Positions 10,747 to 21,247 are shown, counted from the first letter of the stretch. The stretch: 64,000 nucleotides of DNA from an uncultured delta proteobacterium (GCA_963713045.1 CAVQKE010000006.1:353356-417355); one strand, 5' to 3'. Made by a program: numbers and translations. Notes: generated from the letters alone by a model not told the origin.

Positions 10747-12318
10747 GTGGACGCGTTTCGCTGGGTGCTTGCGGTCGGGCTTCTTCTTCCAGGCCTCGGA
10801 CTGGGGCAGGGCGCTGCGGCCAAGCCTCCGCTCCCCCCTCCGCCCGCCACGCCAGCTCCGCCCCCCGTCAAAGGCGCCTCCTACTGCCCGGGCGAATACG
10901 CCGATGACTTCTCGGCGCTTCTCCCCAAGGCCCGGGAACTCGAGCAGCAGGTCGGCGCTTACACCTTCTGCATCCGCACCAGCGCCACCTATGAATGCCC
11001 TTCCTACGGCCCAGACGGCAACCTGCGGCGCAAGAAGGTACGCGTTTCCGCGCACGGCACCGGCTTCGCCTACCGGCAGCAGGGAGGCGAGACGCTGCTT
11101 CTCACCAACCAGCACGTCGCGGAGTGGCCAGCGGTGACGGATGACGACCACCCCGTCGACGACGTCCCCACCGGGTGCAAGCGCGTCACCGACTCCCTCA
11201 AAATTGTCGATGATACGACCGACAGCTACGAGGCCGATGACCTCCCACTGACCCGCGTGGTGGTGGACCCCGCGCTGGACGTTGCCGTCCTCAAGGCGAA
11301 GGCGCTGCTGCCGGTGCTGCCGTGGAAACTGGGGCGCAGTGCAGAGTTGAAGGAGCGCAACGTCGTCGACGTGCGTGGCTTTCCGTTGGGCGTCTTCAAA
11401 GCCACCAACGTGGGGAAAGTCACCTCGGCCTACGCCCACGACAGCTACAAGGACTGGGACCACGATGACTTCGTCATCGACGCGCTTTTGTCCCCCGGAA
11501 ACTCCGGCTCGCCGGTGTTCGCCATCTCGTGCAAGACGGGGGAATTTGAGCTGGTCGGCCTCTACCACGCTGGCTACACCCGCGGCAGCGCGCTCAACGT
11601 CGTCATCGGCATCGACCAAGTGCGCGACTTAATGACGACGTTGAAGCGCACCGTCCGCCCGCGGGCCGACGCCGGCCTCACCCTGGACGCCGCCGCCCGG
11701 GCGCGGCTGGTGGAGGCCAGCCGGCTGTCGCTCGAGCCGTACTTTCCCGTTGGGCCGATGGCCGCCGCGGTGCGGGTGCGGGGAGACGGCGCCCTTTTGT
11801 ATGAATTGCTCAACCGCGACTTTCCCTTCCGGGCCTACCCAGTCCTGGTGCTGGAGGACTTGCCGCCAGCCGACGCCGAGACGTTTGGCCTTCCGGGGCG
11901 CGTCTGGTTTGGCAACCGTCAGGGGCTGAAGGCCTATGCCCGCGCGGACCTCGACGCGGACACCCAAGCCCAGCTGGCCAAGCTGCTGGAAGCGGTGCGG
12001 CGGGACAGCATTGCCGCCCTCGCCGTCCGCGCGGCAGACCACGACGCAGCCAGTAGCCGCGAGAAGTACCAAGGAAGCGAGCGGCTGGAGAAGGTGCTGC
12101 AGCGCGCGAGTGCGGCTTCAACCGACGCCGCCCAGGCCGCGGCGGAACTGGCGGAGCGGCTGGGGCCTGGGCCGGGCGAAGTGTCGGTGGACCTCACCGC
12201 GGCGCTGGTGCCGCCGCCTGCGCCGAAGGCGGCCGAGCCGGTGGCGGCCAGTCAAGCCCCGCCGCCCGCCCTTCCTACTGACAGCGGCTCGCCACCTCCG
12301 ACCCAAGCCCAGAAGTAG
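10747..12318 (+). CDS. secreted trypsin-like (S1) serine protease
   Basis: AGGAGG RBS before GTG 10747; signal peptide; TNQHV (His), LDVAVLK (Asp), PGNSGSPV (Ser). Confidence 0.88.
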   Translation: MDAFRWVLAVGLLLPGLGLGQGAAAKPPLPPPPATPAPPPVKGASYCPGEYADDFSALLPKARELEQQVGAYTFCIRTSATYECPSYGPDGNLRRKKVRVSAHGTGFAYRQQGGETLLLTNQHVAEWPAVTDDDHPVDDVPTGCKRVTDSLKIVDDTTDSYEADDLPLTRVVVDPALDVAVLKAKALLPVLPWKLGRSAELKERNVVDVRGFPLGVFKATNVGKVTSAYAHDSYKDWDHDDFVIDALLSPGNSGSPVFAISCKTGEFELVGLYHAGYTRGSALNVVIGIDQVRDLMTTLKRTVRPRADAGLTLDAAARARLVEASRLSLEPYFPVGPMAAAVRVRGDGALLYELLNRDFPFRAYPVLVLEDLPPADAETFGLPGRVWFGNRQGLKAYARADLDADTQAQLAKLLEAVRRDSIAALAVRAADHDAASSREKYQGSERLEKVLQRASAASTDAAQAAAELAERLGPGPGEVSVDLTAALVPPPAPKAAEPVAASQAPPPALPTDSGSPPPTQAQK

Positions 12319-12588
12319 AAACGACGAAGGGGCCGCGTCCCCGTGACAGTCGCCGCTGGAGGCTGGACACGCCGCGGACCCTTGCTGCCCTTGAAGGCCA
12401 GGGAGGTCGTGGCCTGGCAGTAGAAGCGCTCGCCCCGCCCAAACGGGGCGGTGAACGCTCGCCCGGCCGCCCAAGCGGCACGGGCCCGCGCAAAGACAAA
12501 CCCATCCAGCTGTGCCGTCCGGACGGGCTAACCTCTCCCACCCAGGAGGTGGGGCGTTTTGGGCTGGGGCGAGGCAGGCAAACGGGAC

Positions 12589-14190
12589 GTGCGGAAGCAT
12601 AGGGCTGCCGCCATCAGCGGGGGGCTGTTGTGCGCCGTCGTCCTGGTGGGCCAGGGCGCGCTGGCCCAAGGCCGAGAGCCGGGGAAGGCTGTCAGGCTGC
12701 CCCCAGCAGCCGCCACCTATGACGGCGAAACCATCCTGACCTTCGAAGTTCGCGTCTTCGGCTATTCGCCCGGGCAGCGCGCGGCGGACGTGACGCGCCG
12801 TCTGGCTCGGGCGGTCGGCTCGCCGCTGTTCCGCGTGGAAGACGTCCATGTCGAGGACCACGACAGCTTGACGCTGGTGACCTGGCGAGACGAGCTTCTC
12901 TTCGCGCTGAGCGACGAAGACGGCGCGGCAGCGCATACCACCCGCCAGCAGCTGGCCGCCCAGGCAGTCACCAGACTTGGCCAGGCGGTGGAGGACTCGG
13001 CAACAGCGCGGACGCCGAAGAGCCTTCTCGTCGACTCGGCCTATGCCCTGGGCGCCACGCTGCTGCTGGTGCTGGCCATCCTCGCGGTCAACTGGGGCGT
13101 CCGACGGGCCCGTGCGCGGCTCGAGGCGTGGTTTCGGCTGGCCGGACGCAAGCTGCACAGCTTCACCACGGTGCAGCGGCTGGCAGCGGCGGCGGTGGCG
13201 CTGCTCGGCGTCCTGCGCATCGCGGTCATCCTTGTCCTTTTCTATTTCTACATTCCGGCCGTCTTCCACCTCTTCCCATGGACGCGGAGTTGGGGCGCGA
13301 CGCTGCTGACTTGGGCCATCGACCCTGTCCTCAGCGTCGGCAGGGCGCTGGTGGGCTACCTTCCCAACGTCTTCATCATCGCCGTCGTCTTCCTGGTGGC
13401 GCGGCTGCTGCTGGGGCTTCTGCGGGCGGCCTTCGAGGAGGTGGGGGCGGGGCGCCTTGTGGTCTCCGGCTTCTACCCGGAGTGGGCGGAGCCCACCTAC
13501 CAGCTGGTGCGGGCGCTGGTTGTCGTCATCACCACCGTCATTGTCTTCCCCTACCTCCCCGGCGCGCACTCCCCGGCCTTCCAGGGCATTTCCATCTTCC
13601 TTGGAGCGCTGCTGACGTTTGGCAGTAGCTCGGCCATCTCCAACCTCTTTGGCGGCGTCATCCTCACCTACACCCGGGCCTTTCAGGTGGGTGACCGGGT
13701 GCGGGTGGGGGACAGCTATGGGGACGTCATGGAGAAGTCGCTGCTGGTCACCCGCGTGCGCACCATCAAGAACGAGGAGGTGGCCATCCCCAACGCCGTC
13801 GTCCTGGCGTCGCACATTGTCAACTACACCGCCGCCGCGCGGGGGAAGGGCCTTCTGCTGCACACCACCGTCACCATCGGCTACGACTCCCCATGGCGAA
13901 AAGTCCACGCCCTTCTGTTGTCCGCGGCGCACGCCACGCCGCGCATTCTGGCTGAGCCCGCGCCCTTCGTCTGGCAGAAAAGTTTGGATGACTTCTTCGT
14001 CACCTATGAGTTGAACGCCGCCACCAACCATCCGGACGTGCTGGACGACACCTACGCCGAACTGCACAAGTCCATTCGCGACGCCTTTGACGAGGCGGGG
14101 GTGGAAATCCTCTCCCCCCACTACACCTCGCTGCGCGATGGGAGCCGCTCCACCATCGTCCCGCAGGACAAGCGCGGCACGAAGGGCTGA
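12589..14190 (+). CDS. MscS-family mechanosensitive channel with periplasmic N-terminal domain
   Basis: Several TM helices; ISNLFGGVILTYTRAFQVGDRV, TRVRTIKNEEVAIPN, IGYD..W, FDEAGVEILSPHY. Confidence 0.92.
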   Translation: MRKHRAAAISGGLLCAVVLVGQGALAQGREPGKAVRLPPAAATYDGETILTFEVRVFGYSPGQRAADVTRRLARAVGSPLFRVEDVHVEDHDSLTLVTWRDELLFALSDEDGAAAHTTRQQLAAQAVTRLGQAVEDSATARTPKSLLVDSAYALGATLLLVLAILAVNWGVRRARARLEAWFRLAGRKLHSFTTVQRLAAAAVALLGVLRIAVILVLFYFYIPAVFHLFPWTRSWGATLLTWAIDPVLSVGRALVGYLPNVFIIAVVFLVARLLLGLLRAAFEEVGAGRLVVSGFYPEWAEPTYQLVRALVVVITTVIVFPYLPGAHSPAFQGISIFLGALLTFGSSSAISNLFGGVILTYTRAFQVGDRVRVGDSYGDVMEKSLLVTRVRTIKNEEVAIPNAVVLASHIVNYTAAARGKGLLLHTTVTIGYDSPWRKVHALLLSAAHATPRILAEPAPFVWQKSLDDFFVTYELNAATNHPDVLDDTYAELHKSIRDAFDEAGVEILSPHYTSLRDGSRSTIVPQDKRGTKG

Positions 14191-14215
14191 GGCCGCTGGC
14201 TTCTGCCTTCCCCGG

Positions 14216-14794
14216 TTAGCCGGTGTAACTGGAACGCAACAGGAAGTAGATGGCCACGCCTGTCACGCTGACGTACATCCAAATCGGCCACAGGACGCGC
14301 GTCACCCGGCGGTGGCGGAGAAACTGCCGGCGGTAGGCAAACCAAAAGGCGGTCAGGGCAAGCGGCACCACCGTGGCCGACAGCACCACGTGGGAGGCGA
14401 GAACACTCAAATACACGGTGCGCAAAAGCCCCGACCCGGCGTACCGCGTGTCCCCATGCAGCGCGTGGTAAACCAAGTAGCTGACCAGGAAGACGGATGA
14501 GGCGGCGAAGGCGGCCACCATGAAGAAGCGGTGGACGCGCCACTTGCGGCGGCGGATGGCAATGTAGCCCAGTAGCAGCAGCGTCGCCGAAAGCGCGTTG
14601 AGAGTGGCATTCACCCCCGGCAGGAAGGAGACGTCTACCCCGCCGTTGACGGCCCCGTGACGCAGCACGAGGAGGTAGGCCAGCAGCGTCAGCGCCGCGA
14701 CGGACACCACCGCGTTGAAGAGGAAGAAACGCCGGTCGGCGGAGGCGTCCGGCGTCCCAGGGGCGGGTAGCTGCGAGGCGGTGGGAAGAGGCAT
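14216..14794 (-). CDS. DUF420 family membrane protein
   Basis: LPGVNATLN, HRFFM..FLVSYLVYH, LASHVVLS, HRRVTR..PIWMYVSVTG. Confidence 0.9.
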   Translation of the reverse strand: MPLPTASQLPAPGTPDASADRRFFLFNAVVSVAALTLLAYLLVLRHGAVNGGVDVSFLPGVNATLNALSATLLLLGYIAIRRRKWRVHRFFMVAAFAASSVFLVSYLVYHALHGDTRYAGSGLLRTVYLSVLASHVVLSATVVPLALTAFWFAYRRQFLRHRRVTRVLWPIWMYVSVTGVAIYFLLRSSYTG

Positions 14795-14954
14795 CCGGCC
14801 CCCTTCCCTACCAGTCGGTGCAGCTGGACGCTACGGACCCCAATTGCCGCCTACCGCTGGCCCCTTGACGGGACAGGGTGCCTCCTCTGAATCCGCCGGG
14901 TTTCTGCTAGGCACTTCCCCAAGGGCACGCGCGCCCTTTTCTTAGGAGTCGCCC

Positions 14955-16157
14955 ATGGGCTTTGGCCGACGGTGTTCGACTGTTTTGCCCGTAAGGGCCT
15001 TGGGTGGGCTGGCCGCGCCGTTGGCCGTCCTCGCCCTGGGCTGCACCACCGTCTCTAAAACTCCCTCGCAGAGTGCCTTGATGCAGGCCACCGGGACGAA
15101 GGTGAGCGTCCTCTCCATGCGTGCCACGCAAAACCTGCTGGCGGTGCAGGTGCCCGGGACCATCGAGGCGACGGCGGACAGCATTGCGGCGCAGACCACC
15201 GACGTGAAAGTGCGCCGACGGGCGCTGTTGTGGAAAATCGAACTGGTCCCGACGTTTTACCAAGCCCTCTTCAACGCGGACCCGTTGGCGGCCGCCATGG
15301 ACACCTACACGCTGTGCCTCCAGGTGGAGGCCTATTTCGAAACGGGCGCGGGCCGGGAAGAATTGGCGCCCTTCCAGCCCCTGGTCATCGGGGCCGCGAA
15401 GCATGCACGCAGCCAGGTGGAGACGGCTCTCAAAGCCGTTGCGGCGTCGCCCGAAGGTTTCCAGCGGGCCGAGGCCTTTGCCGAAACATGGGCCACGGCC
15501 CACCCCATTTCTGGGCCGCCCCTCTCCTCCCGGCCAAGCGTGCTGAACGACTTGGCGGACATGGCGGCGGGTGGCGACAAGAATGTCAGCGTCTTTCAAG
15601 TGGTCGGCGACCTTCCGGCCACCGTGGACGACATCGCCACGCGTCTGGACATTTACACGGCCTACCTCCCCAACGCGGGCCGCTGGCAAGCGGAGCTGTT
15701 GGCGGACGAGATGGCGGACCGTGCGGAGTCGCAGCGCGTGCTGACCACATTCGCCTCGGTGAAGGAGATGGCGGAGCGCATCAGGCAACTGTTGTCCCAG
15801 GAGGCTCTCCAAAACACGCTCGACGTGGCCAGTCTTGAGGTGAGGAAGGAGCGGCTGGCTGCCTTTGCCAGCGTCGAGTCGTTGCGCAAGGAAATGGAAG
15901 CCTACGTGACGAGCGAGCGGGAGGCGGCCCTTCTGGGCGTGGGCGCGGAGCGTCGCGCCGTCATGTCGGACTTGGGCCGCGAGCGCCTGGCGCTGATGGA
16001 GCAGGTGGACGCGCTGCGCAAGCAGACGCTGTTGGACGCCGACCAGCTGGCGAACCGGATTATTTGGCGAGGCAGCTTGGTGGCCGCCCTCCTCCTTGTC
16101 CTGGCCGCCGGACTCGCCGTCTTCGTCGTCCGTCACGGCGCGCGGGCCAAGGCCTGA
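14955..16157 (+). CDS. uncharacterised lipoprotein with C-terminal coiled coil and TM anchor
   Basis: Lipobox LALGC; IEATADSIA..ALLWK motif; helical C-terminus and terminal hydrophobic helix; coherent GC3-rich codon use. Confidence 0.7.
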   Translation: MGFGRRCSTVLPVRALGGLAAPLAVLALGCTTVSKTPSQSALMQATGTKVSVLSMRATQNLLAVQVPGTIEATADSIAAQTTDVKVRRRALLWKIELVPTFYQALFNADPLAAAMDTYTLCLQVEAYFETGAGREELAPFQPLVIGAAKHARSQVETALKAVAASPEGFQRAEAFAETWATAHPISGPPLSSRPSVLNDLADMAAGGDKNVSVFQVVGDLPATVDDIATRLDIYTAYLPNAGRWQAELLADEMADRAESQRVLTTFASVKEMAERIRQLLSQEALQNTLDVASLEVRKERLAAFASVESLRKEMEAYVTSEREAALLGVGAERRAVMSDLGRERLALMEQVDALRKQTLLDADQLANRIIWRGSLVAALLLVLAAGLAVFVVRHGARAKA

Positions 16158-16189
16158 AGCAGCCCAACCGCCTCGTCGCCTGAAGGCCC

Positions 16190-18682
16190 CTACGGCGCGG
16201 AGGCGCGCAGTTGGGGGAGGCGCTGGCGCGTCTGCAGTACCGGGAGGAAGAGGTCTCCCACGCTGTCGACGCGCCTGGGGAGGGTGCGCAGGTTGAAGGC
16301 AGAAGGGTTGAAGGCCGTCGTCACTTCGTCCCAGTGCAGTGGGGTGCTGGCCGGGGCGCCTTCCACCGCCCGAAGCGAATAGGGGGCCACCATGGTTTTC
16401 AGGCGTCCGTTTTGTTCGCAGTCCAGGTACAGCCGGCCATGCCGCTGCTTCAGGGCGCGCTCCCGGGTGGCCAGCGTGGGGAATTTGTGGGTGAGGACTT
16501 CGCCCACCGCCACCGCAAAGCCATAGGAGGCTTCAAAGGTGTGGCCCGGCGCCAGCGGAACAAACACGTGCAGCCCCCGCTTGCCGGAAGTCTTTGGCAC
16601 GGAGAGCAGCTTCACTTCGTCAAGAAGGGCGCGCAGCGCCTGTGCCAGGGGGACCAGCTGCGTCCAGTCGTCGCCGGCGGGGTCAAAGTCGAACACCACC
16701 CAGTCAGGCTGGTCCAAGCTGGCCAGCCGACTGGACGTCATGTGCAGGGTGAGGGCGGACTGGTTGGCCAGCCAGGCCACCGTCTCCGGCCGGTCCACCA
16801 CAATCTGTTCCAGGCGTCGCTCCTCATGCTGCACCGTCGCCCGCGTTACCCAGGGCGGCGCGCCCTTGGCGTCGTGCCGGAAGAAGCCCGGTGCCCCAAT
16901 GCCTTGCGGCCACTGCTGCATGGACAGGGGCCGGCCGTCCAGGGCCCGCACCACCAGCGGGGCCACGGCGTCGTAGTAGCCGCGGACGTCGGCCTTGGTG
17001 AGGCCGGACTTGGGGAAAAGCACTTTGTCCGGGTGGGTGAGGGGCACCACCACCGTCTGGGTGGACGATGGCGCGGGTGCGTCAGCACGGCGCCCTTTGG
17101 ACGGCTTCGGTGTCTTCGCCGGTGGGTCTTCTTCCATGTCGCGTCCCGTCTCGGCCGGCGCCTTGTCCTCGCGCAAACCCTGGAAGGAAGGGTGGCGTAG
17201 CCGGCGGTCGCGCGTCCACTCGCTGAAGCGGACTTGGGCCACCAGGCGCGGGCGCACCCAGTGCACGCCCTTCATTTTCGGTGGGTCGCGCACGGTGGGC
17301 GCTTCCACTTCATCCGCCCGCAGCTGGCGGAGGAGTCCGGTCCGCACCTTTTCGCTGAAGCCGGTGCCCACTTTCCCGGCGTAGCGGAAGGCCGGCCCAT
17401 CCCGCTGGGCGACGAGGAGGGCGCCAATTTCCGGGGCGCCCTTGGACTGGGCGGTCCAACCGACAATGGTCAGCTCCTCCGTGCCCAGCACCTTCAGCTT
17501 CAGCCAATCCGCACTGCGCTTGCCGCTGTAGAGAGAACCTCTGCGCTTGGCGAGGAGGCCCTCCCAGTGGTGCTTCTTGGCCGTCTTCAGCGCCTCCTCC
17601 TCGCTCCCGGGGACGCGCTCGGCAATTTCCAAGGGAAGGGCCGCATTGGCCAGCACCGACTCCAGTAACTCTCGGCGCTCCTCCAGCGGGCGGCTGCGGA
17701 CGTCCTCCCCATCCAGCCACAACACGTCAAACACCACGTAGCGGTGGGTGGCCGAGGCGTCGCCGAGGAGTTGGAAGCGCGAGATTCCTTGCGCGTCCAG
17801 GGCGAGAATTTCTCCGTCCAGCACCACCTCGCCCACCTTCACGGTGCGCAGCGCCTCCGGGAGAAACGGAAAGCGAGCGGCGAAGTCCAACTCATTGCGC
17901 GAGCGCACCGCCACCCGGCCGCCGGACAGCGCCGACAGCGCGCGGTAGCCGTCGTACTTCACTTCGTACAGGTATTCTGTGGCTGGGGCGGGCCGTTTAG
18001 GCGCAAGCACCGCCAGCATCGGCGGCCAAACCTTTTCCAGGAGGGCCTCCGGACTGGGGTGGGGGCCCTTCAACATGGCCTGCCTCTCCGGCCCCCGCGT
18101 CAGCCGCCGGCCTGAGGCCACCGACTCCGGGCGTTCCGTTTCCACGTCATAGTCCGGGCGCTGGGTGCCGTCCTTCGCCTTGATGCAAAGCCATTGCGCC
18201 TTCCCGCCTTGGGGCCGCGTGCGGACCAGGTGCCAGCCGCCCAGCAGCTTCTCGCCATGCAACAGCAGGTGTAGATGGCCCTTCTTCCGCTGGGCGCTGG
18301 CCTCGCCCGGCGGCACAGTGACGTAGGTGCCTCTGTCCCAGAGGAGGCTGTCCCCGGCGCCGTATTCGCCCTCCGGAATGCGACCTTCGAAGTCCCCGTA
18401 GTCCAAGGGGTGGTCCTCGGTTTCCACCGCCAGGCGCTTCACGGACGGGTCGTAGCTGGGCCCTTTGGGAATGGCCCAACTGGCCAACGCGCCGTCCATT
18501 TCCAGCCGCAAGTCGTAATGCAGCCGGTTGGCGTCGTGCTTGTGGACGACAAACCGCGCGGCGGGCAGTGCCTTCTTGCCCCGGGTGCGCTTGGGCGCCG
18601 GCTCAGGCGTGCGCGTGAAGTCGCGCTTCTTCCGGTAGGTGGCGAGGCTGTCCCGCCGCTTGGCTGTCGGGCGCTTGGGCAT
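16190..18682 (-). CDS. ligD: DNA ligase D (phosphoesterase-ligase-polymerase)
   Basis: PE domain FVVHKHDANRLHYDLRLE..SWAIPKGPS; ligase YEVKYDGYR, EGLLAK, WLKLK; polymerase THPDK, DFDP, KTSGKRGLH, YSLR. Confidence 0.96.
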   Translation of the reverse strand: MPKRPTAKRRDSLATYRKKRDFTRTPEPAPKRTRGKKALPAARFVVHKHDANRLHYDLRLEMDGALASWAIPKGPSYDPSVKRLAVETEDHPLDYGDFEGRIPEGEYGAGDSLLWDRGTYVTVPPGEASAQRKKGHLHLLLHGEKLLGGWHLVRTRPQGGKAQWLCIKAKDGTQRPDYDVETERPESVASGRRLTRGPERQAMLKGPHPSPEALLEKVWPPMLAVLAPKRPAPATEYLYEVKYDGYRALSALSGGRVAVRSRNELDFAARFPFLPEALRTVKVGEVVLDGEILALDAQGISRFQLLGDASATHRYVVFDVLWLDGEDVRSRPLEERRELLESVLANAALPLEIAERVPGSEEEALKTAKKHHWEGLLAKRRGSLYSGKRSADWLKLKVLGTEELTIVGWTAQSKGAPEIGALLVAQRDGPAFRYAGKVGTGFSEKVRTGLLRQLRADEVEAPTVRDPPKMKGVHWVRPRLVAQVRFSEWTRDRRLRHPSFQGLREDKAPAETGRDMEEDPPAKTPKPSKGRRADAPAPSSTQTVVVPLTHPDKVLFPKSGLTKADVRGYYDAVAPLVVRALDGRPLSMQQWPQGIGAPGFFRHDAKGAPPWVTRATVQHEERRLEQIVVDRPETVAWLANQSALTLHMTSSRLASLDQPDWVVFDFDPAGDDWTQLVPLAQALRALLDEVKLLSVPKTSGKRGLHVFVPLAPGHTFEASYGFAVAVGEVLTHKFPTLATRERALKQRHGRLYLDCEQNGRLKTMVAPYSLRAVEGAPASTPLHWDEVTTAFNPSAFNLRTLPRRVDSVGDLFLPVLQTRQRLPQLRASAP

Positions 18683-18796
18683 GGGCGGTGTGGGGGACGC
18701 TGCAGCGAAAGGTGGCCGTAGCGTCCCTTGGGAATGGAATACAGGCTTTCGCCGAGGGCGCCCGCCCTGGGCGCACTTCCTTCGTTGAAGAAAGCG

Positions 18797-19396
18797 CTAC
18801 TTCGCTTCGCCCGCGGTAATGACAATGTCGTCCTTGTCCGCCTGGATGGTGGCAAAGCCGCATTCAGTGCGCTGGCCGGTGGCGTCAAAGCGGCAGCCCC
18901 AAATGGCTTTCGCCTGGGCGTTGCACTGGCCGGCATTCAGTTCCGTCGCGTACCAGCCCGAGCCCGGCGCCTTGCCCCAGGTGTTGTTCAGGCCGTAGAC
19001 GGCCGTCAGCATGCCTCCCTTGAAGGTGCCGCTGCCGTTGATGCAGGGGAAGCTGACGTTGGTGTAGATGTAGGTGACTTTGTCCTCGTCATCGAAGGTG
19101 TACTCGGCGGCCTTCGCACTGCCGCTGAAGTCCATGTCGATGGATTCATTCCACGTCGGGTCGGTGTCGGTGGTGGAGTTGGCCGTATTCACCGACAGGT
19201 TTCCGTGTCCTGCAGTGGTGGTGGTGGTGGCGCTCGCCGGAGGAGGCTGAGTCGCCCGTGCCGTCGCGGCTGGGTTAATTTTCACGTCCGGCCCGGCACT
19301 CATCGCGCTGGCAGTCCCGGTGGCACTCTTCGTTTCAGCGCAGGCGGCCAGCAGTCCTGCCGCTGCAAAAGCGACTGTCAACAGTGTCTTCTTCAT
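18797..19396 (-). CDS. uncharacterised lipoprotein with four Cys in the mature domain
   Basis: GGAGAGG RBS; MKK + hydrophobic + LLAAC lipobox; Thr/Pro linker; C-terminal domain GSGWY..C..WGCRFD..EC. Confidence 0.75.
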   Translation of the reverse strand: MKKTLLTVAFAAAGLLAACAETKSATGTASAMSAGPDVKINPAATARATQPPPASATTTTTAGHGNLSVNTANSTTDTDPTWNESIDMDFSGSAKAAEYTFDDEDKVTYIYTNVSFPCINGSGTFKGGMLTAVYGLNNTWGKAPGSGWYATELNAGQCNAQAKAIWGCRFDATGQRTECGFATIQADKDDIVITAGEAK

Positions 19397-19525
19397 GGAC
19401 CTCTCCAGGGTGTGACTCGTCTTGTTTTAGGGTTGTCGCGCGCTTCCTACCCTTCCCAGGGCTGGACGCACAGCAACGTTTTGGCACTCCCGAAGACAGC
19501 TGCTAGGGGACGCCCACGCCGTCCG

Positions 19526-20296
19526 TCAAGCGCTTTCGACGCCTGCCAGCCAACCGTCCGTAAACCAACTTGCCAGCGTGCGGAAGGCTTCGGCTGAGGC
19601 GTCCTCCGCGTCGCTGAAGGCTTCACACACCTCCGCCAGACTGGCATGCGACTGGGCGCGCACCAGGGCCTCGGCCTCCATCGTCGGCAGGACCCGGTGC
19701 AGCACTTCAAAGCCCTTTCGCCAAACCACCACCGACACCGGCCGGGGGTCCACCGCCGGCAAGTCCTCTGACTCGGCCTCCAGCTGTTTCCAAAGCGGAA
19801 GGACGTCATGCTGTAGCGTCAGCACCCGCAGCGCTGGGACGAAGGACAGCCGGGCCGCGCCCGCCGCTTCGCCAAGGTGGCCCAGCGCTTCTTTGCCCAC
19901 TGTCTCCGCATCCGCCGCGGTGAAGGCCACGGAAAGCGCCCATTCCAGCCGGGCCAAGTCGGCCTCGTCTCCCCTCCGCCCGGGGTGCGCCAACAAGAAG
20001 TCGGGCAGGTGCCGGCCAAATTGCCCAATGTCCGACGAAGCACTGGGGTGGGCGCGCGCGTAGCCGGCTGTCAGCGTGCCGAAGCCCTCGTCGCCGAGAA
20101 GTCGCGCCAGGTTGGGGAAGTCCGCCCGAAGCGCATCCTGCAGGCGGGCCAGGTACATGTCCGCGTAAATGCCCGCCCGGGCGGCGGCGTCCAGGGGTGG
20201 GTGCGCTGCAATGCCATTGGCCAGCTGGCTCGCCTCCACAGCGCTGGGCTCCTCAATGGCCTGGGCCAACAATTCTTGAAGCTGCTGAAGCCTCAA
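19526..20296 (-). CDS. DUF2063-type (BufC/HvfC-like) MNIO partner protein
   Basis: TTG start overlaps the MNIO stop (TTGA); IYADMYLARL..L..DFP..LLG..F..YARAHPS..DLARLEWA and VVWRKG motifs. Confidence 0.85.
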   Translation of the reverse strand: MRLQQLQELLAQAIEEPSAVEASQLANGIAAHPPLDAAARAGIYADMYLARLQDALRADFPNLARLLGDEGFGTLTAGYARAHPSASSDIGQFGRHLPDFLLAHPGRRGDEADLARLEWALSVAFTAADAETVGKEALGHLGEAAGAARLSFVPALRVLTLQHDVLPLWKQLEAESEDLPAVDPRPVSVVVWRKGFEVLHRVLPTMEAEALVRAQSHASLAEVCEAFSDAEDASAEAFRTLASWFTDGWLAGVESA

Positions 20297-21129
20297 GCGG
20301 CCTCCCGCAGCGCCGCCTCCGCCACCTGGCGGGCATGGGCGGACTCTTCCAACAGGCGCGGCAGCGGTGGAATGTTTGCGTCCCATTCCACAAGCGTCGT
20401 GACGGGGCCAAAGCGTCGAACGGCCTTCTGGTACAGCGCCCAGACAGGGTCTGTCACCGGACTGTCATGGGTGTCCAACAGGTGGGTGCCCCGGTCCGAA
20501 TAGCCGGCCAGGTGGAATTGCCCGACGCGCTCCACCGGAATGCCCTTCAGGTAGGCCTCCGCGTCAAAGCCGTGGTTTCTGGCGCTGACATAGACGTTGT
20601 TGACGTCCAAAAGGATGCCGCAGTCCGCACGGGTGGCCACCTCCGCCAGAAAGTCCCACTCGGTCAGCGTGGAGGCGGAGAAGGTGAGGTAGCTGGACAC
20701 GTTTTCCAGAAGAATCTGCCGGCCCAGCGCCTCCTGCACCTGCCCCACCCGGGCCACCACGTGCGCCAGGGACTCCTCAGTGAAGGGCAACGGCAGCAAG
20801 TCGTGCAGGTAACGGCCCCGGTGGGTGCCCCAGCACAGGTGGTCCGACACCCACGCCGGCTCCACCCACCGCGCCAGCTGTCCAAGACGCCGAAGGTGCG
20901 CTTCGTCCAGGGGGTCCGGCCCGCCGATGGAAAGAGAGACGCCGTGCAGCACCACCGGCATGCGCTGCCGAACCGCCTCCAGCACCGCCCGTGGACGGCC
21001 GCCTTCCTGGAAGAAGTTTTCGCTGATGGCCTCCACCCAGTCGACGCGGACGTTGCCCGCGAGAAAGTCAGCGAAGTGCTCACTTCGTAGGCCAATGCCG
21101 TGGCCCAGGGAAGGCAATGCGAGGGACAT
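20293..21129 (-). CDS. DUF692 multinuclear non-heme iron oxidase (MNIO, BufB-like)
   Basis: GIGLR, EAISENF, HGVSLSIG, SDHLCW, DLLPLP, ENVSSY, LLDVNNVYV, HLAG, DTH, EWD. Confidence 0.96.
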   Translation of the reverse strand: MSLALPSLGHGIGLRSEHFADFLAGNVRVDWVEAISENFFQEGGRPRAVLEAVRQRMPVVLHGVSLSIGGPDPLDEAHLRRLGQLARWVEPAWVSDHLCWGTHRGRYLHDLLPLPFTEESLAHVVARVGQVQEALGRQILLENVSSYLTFSASTLTEWDFLAEVATRADCGILLDVNNVYVSARNHGFDAEAYLKGIPVERVGQFHLAGYSDRGTHLLDTHDSPVTDPVWALYQKAVRRFGPVTTLVEWDANIPPLPRLLEESAHARQVAEAALREAA

Positions 21130-21247
21130 GGGGAAGGGTGGCTCGTCAATCTGGCCGCGCCCGGCGGCCCAGGACTTCCCCCAAGGTGCTTTTCACCTTG
21201 GGGGAGAGGGGCGCCAGCGTGCGGCGGGGGACGTCTTTCAAAGCGAC

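Noticed and set aside
6003..14121. Long antisense ORFs (e.g. 6003..8264, 12118..14121; similarly 51495..53939, 54469..56205, 56895..58874)
   Set aside because: Shadow ORFs opposite well-supported genes in high-GC DNA, with no motifs
18694..18727. Hairpin gggacgctgc..gtagcgtccc just upstream of ligD as a riboswitch or terminator
   Set aside because: No U-tract and no recognisable aptamer consensus, so function cannot be supported
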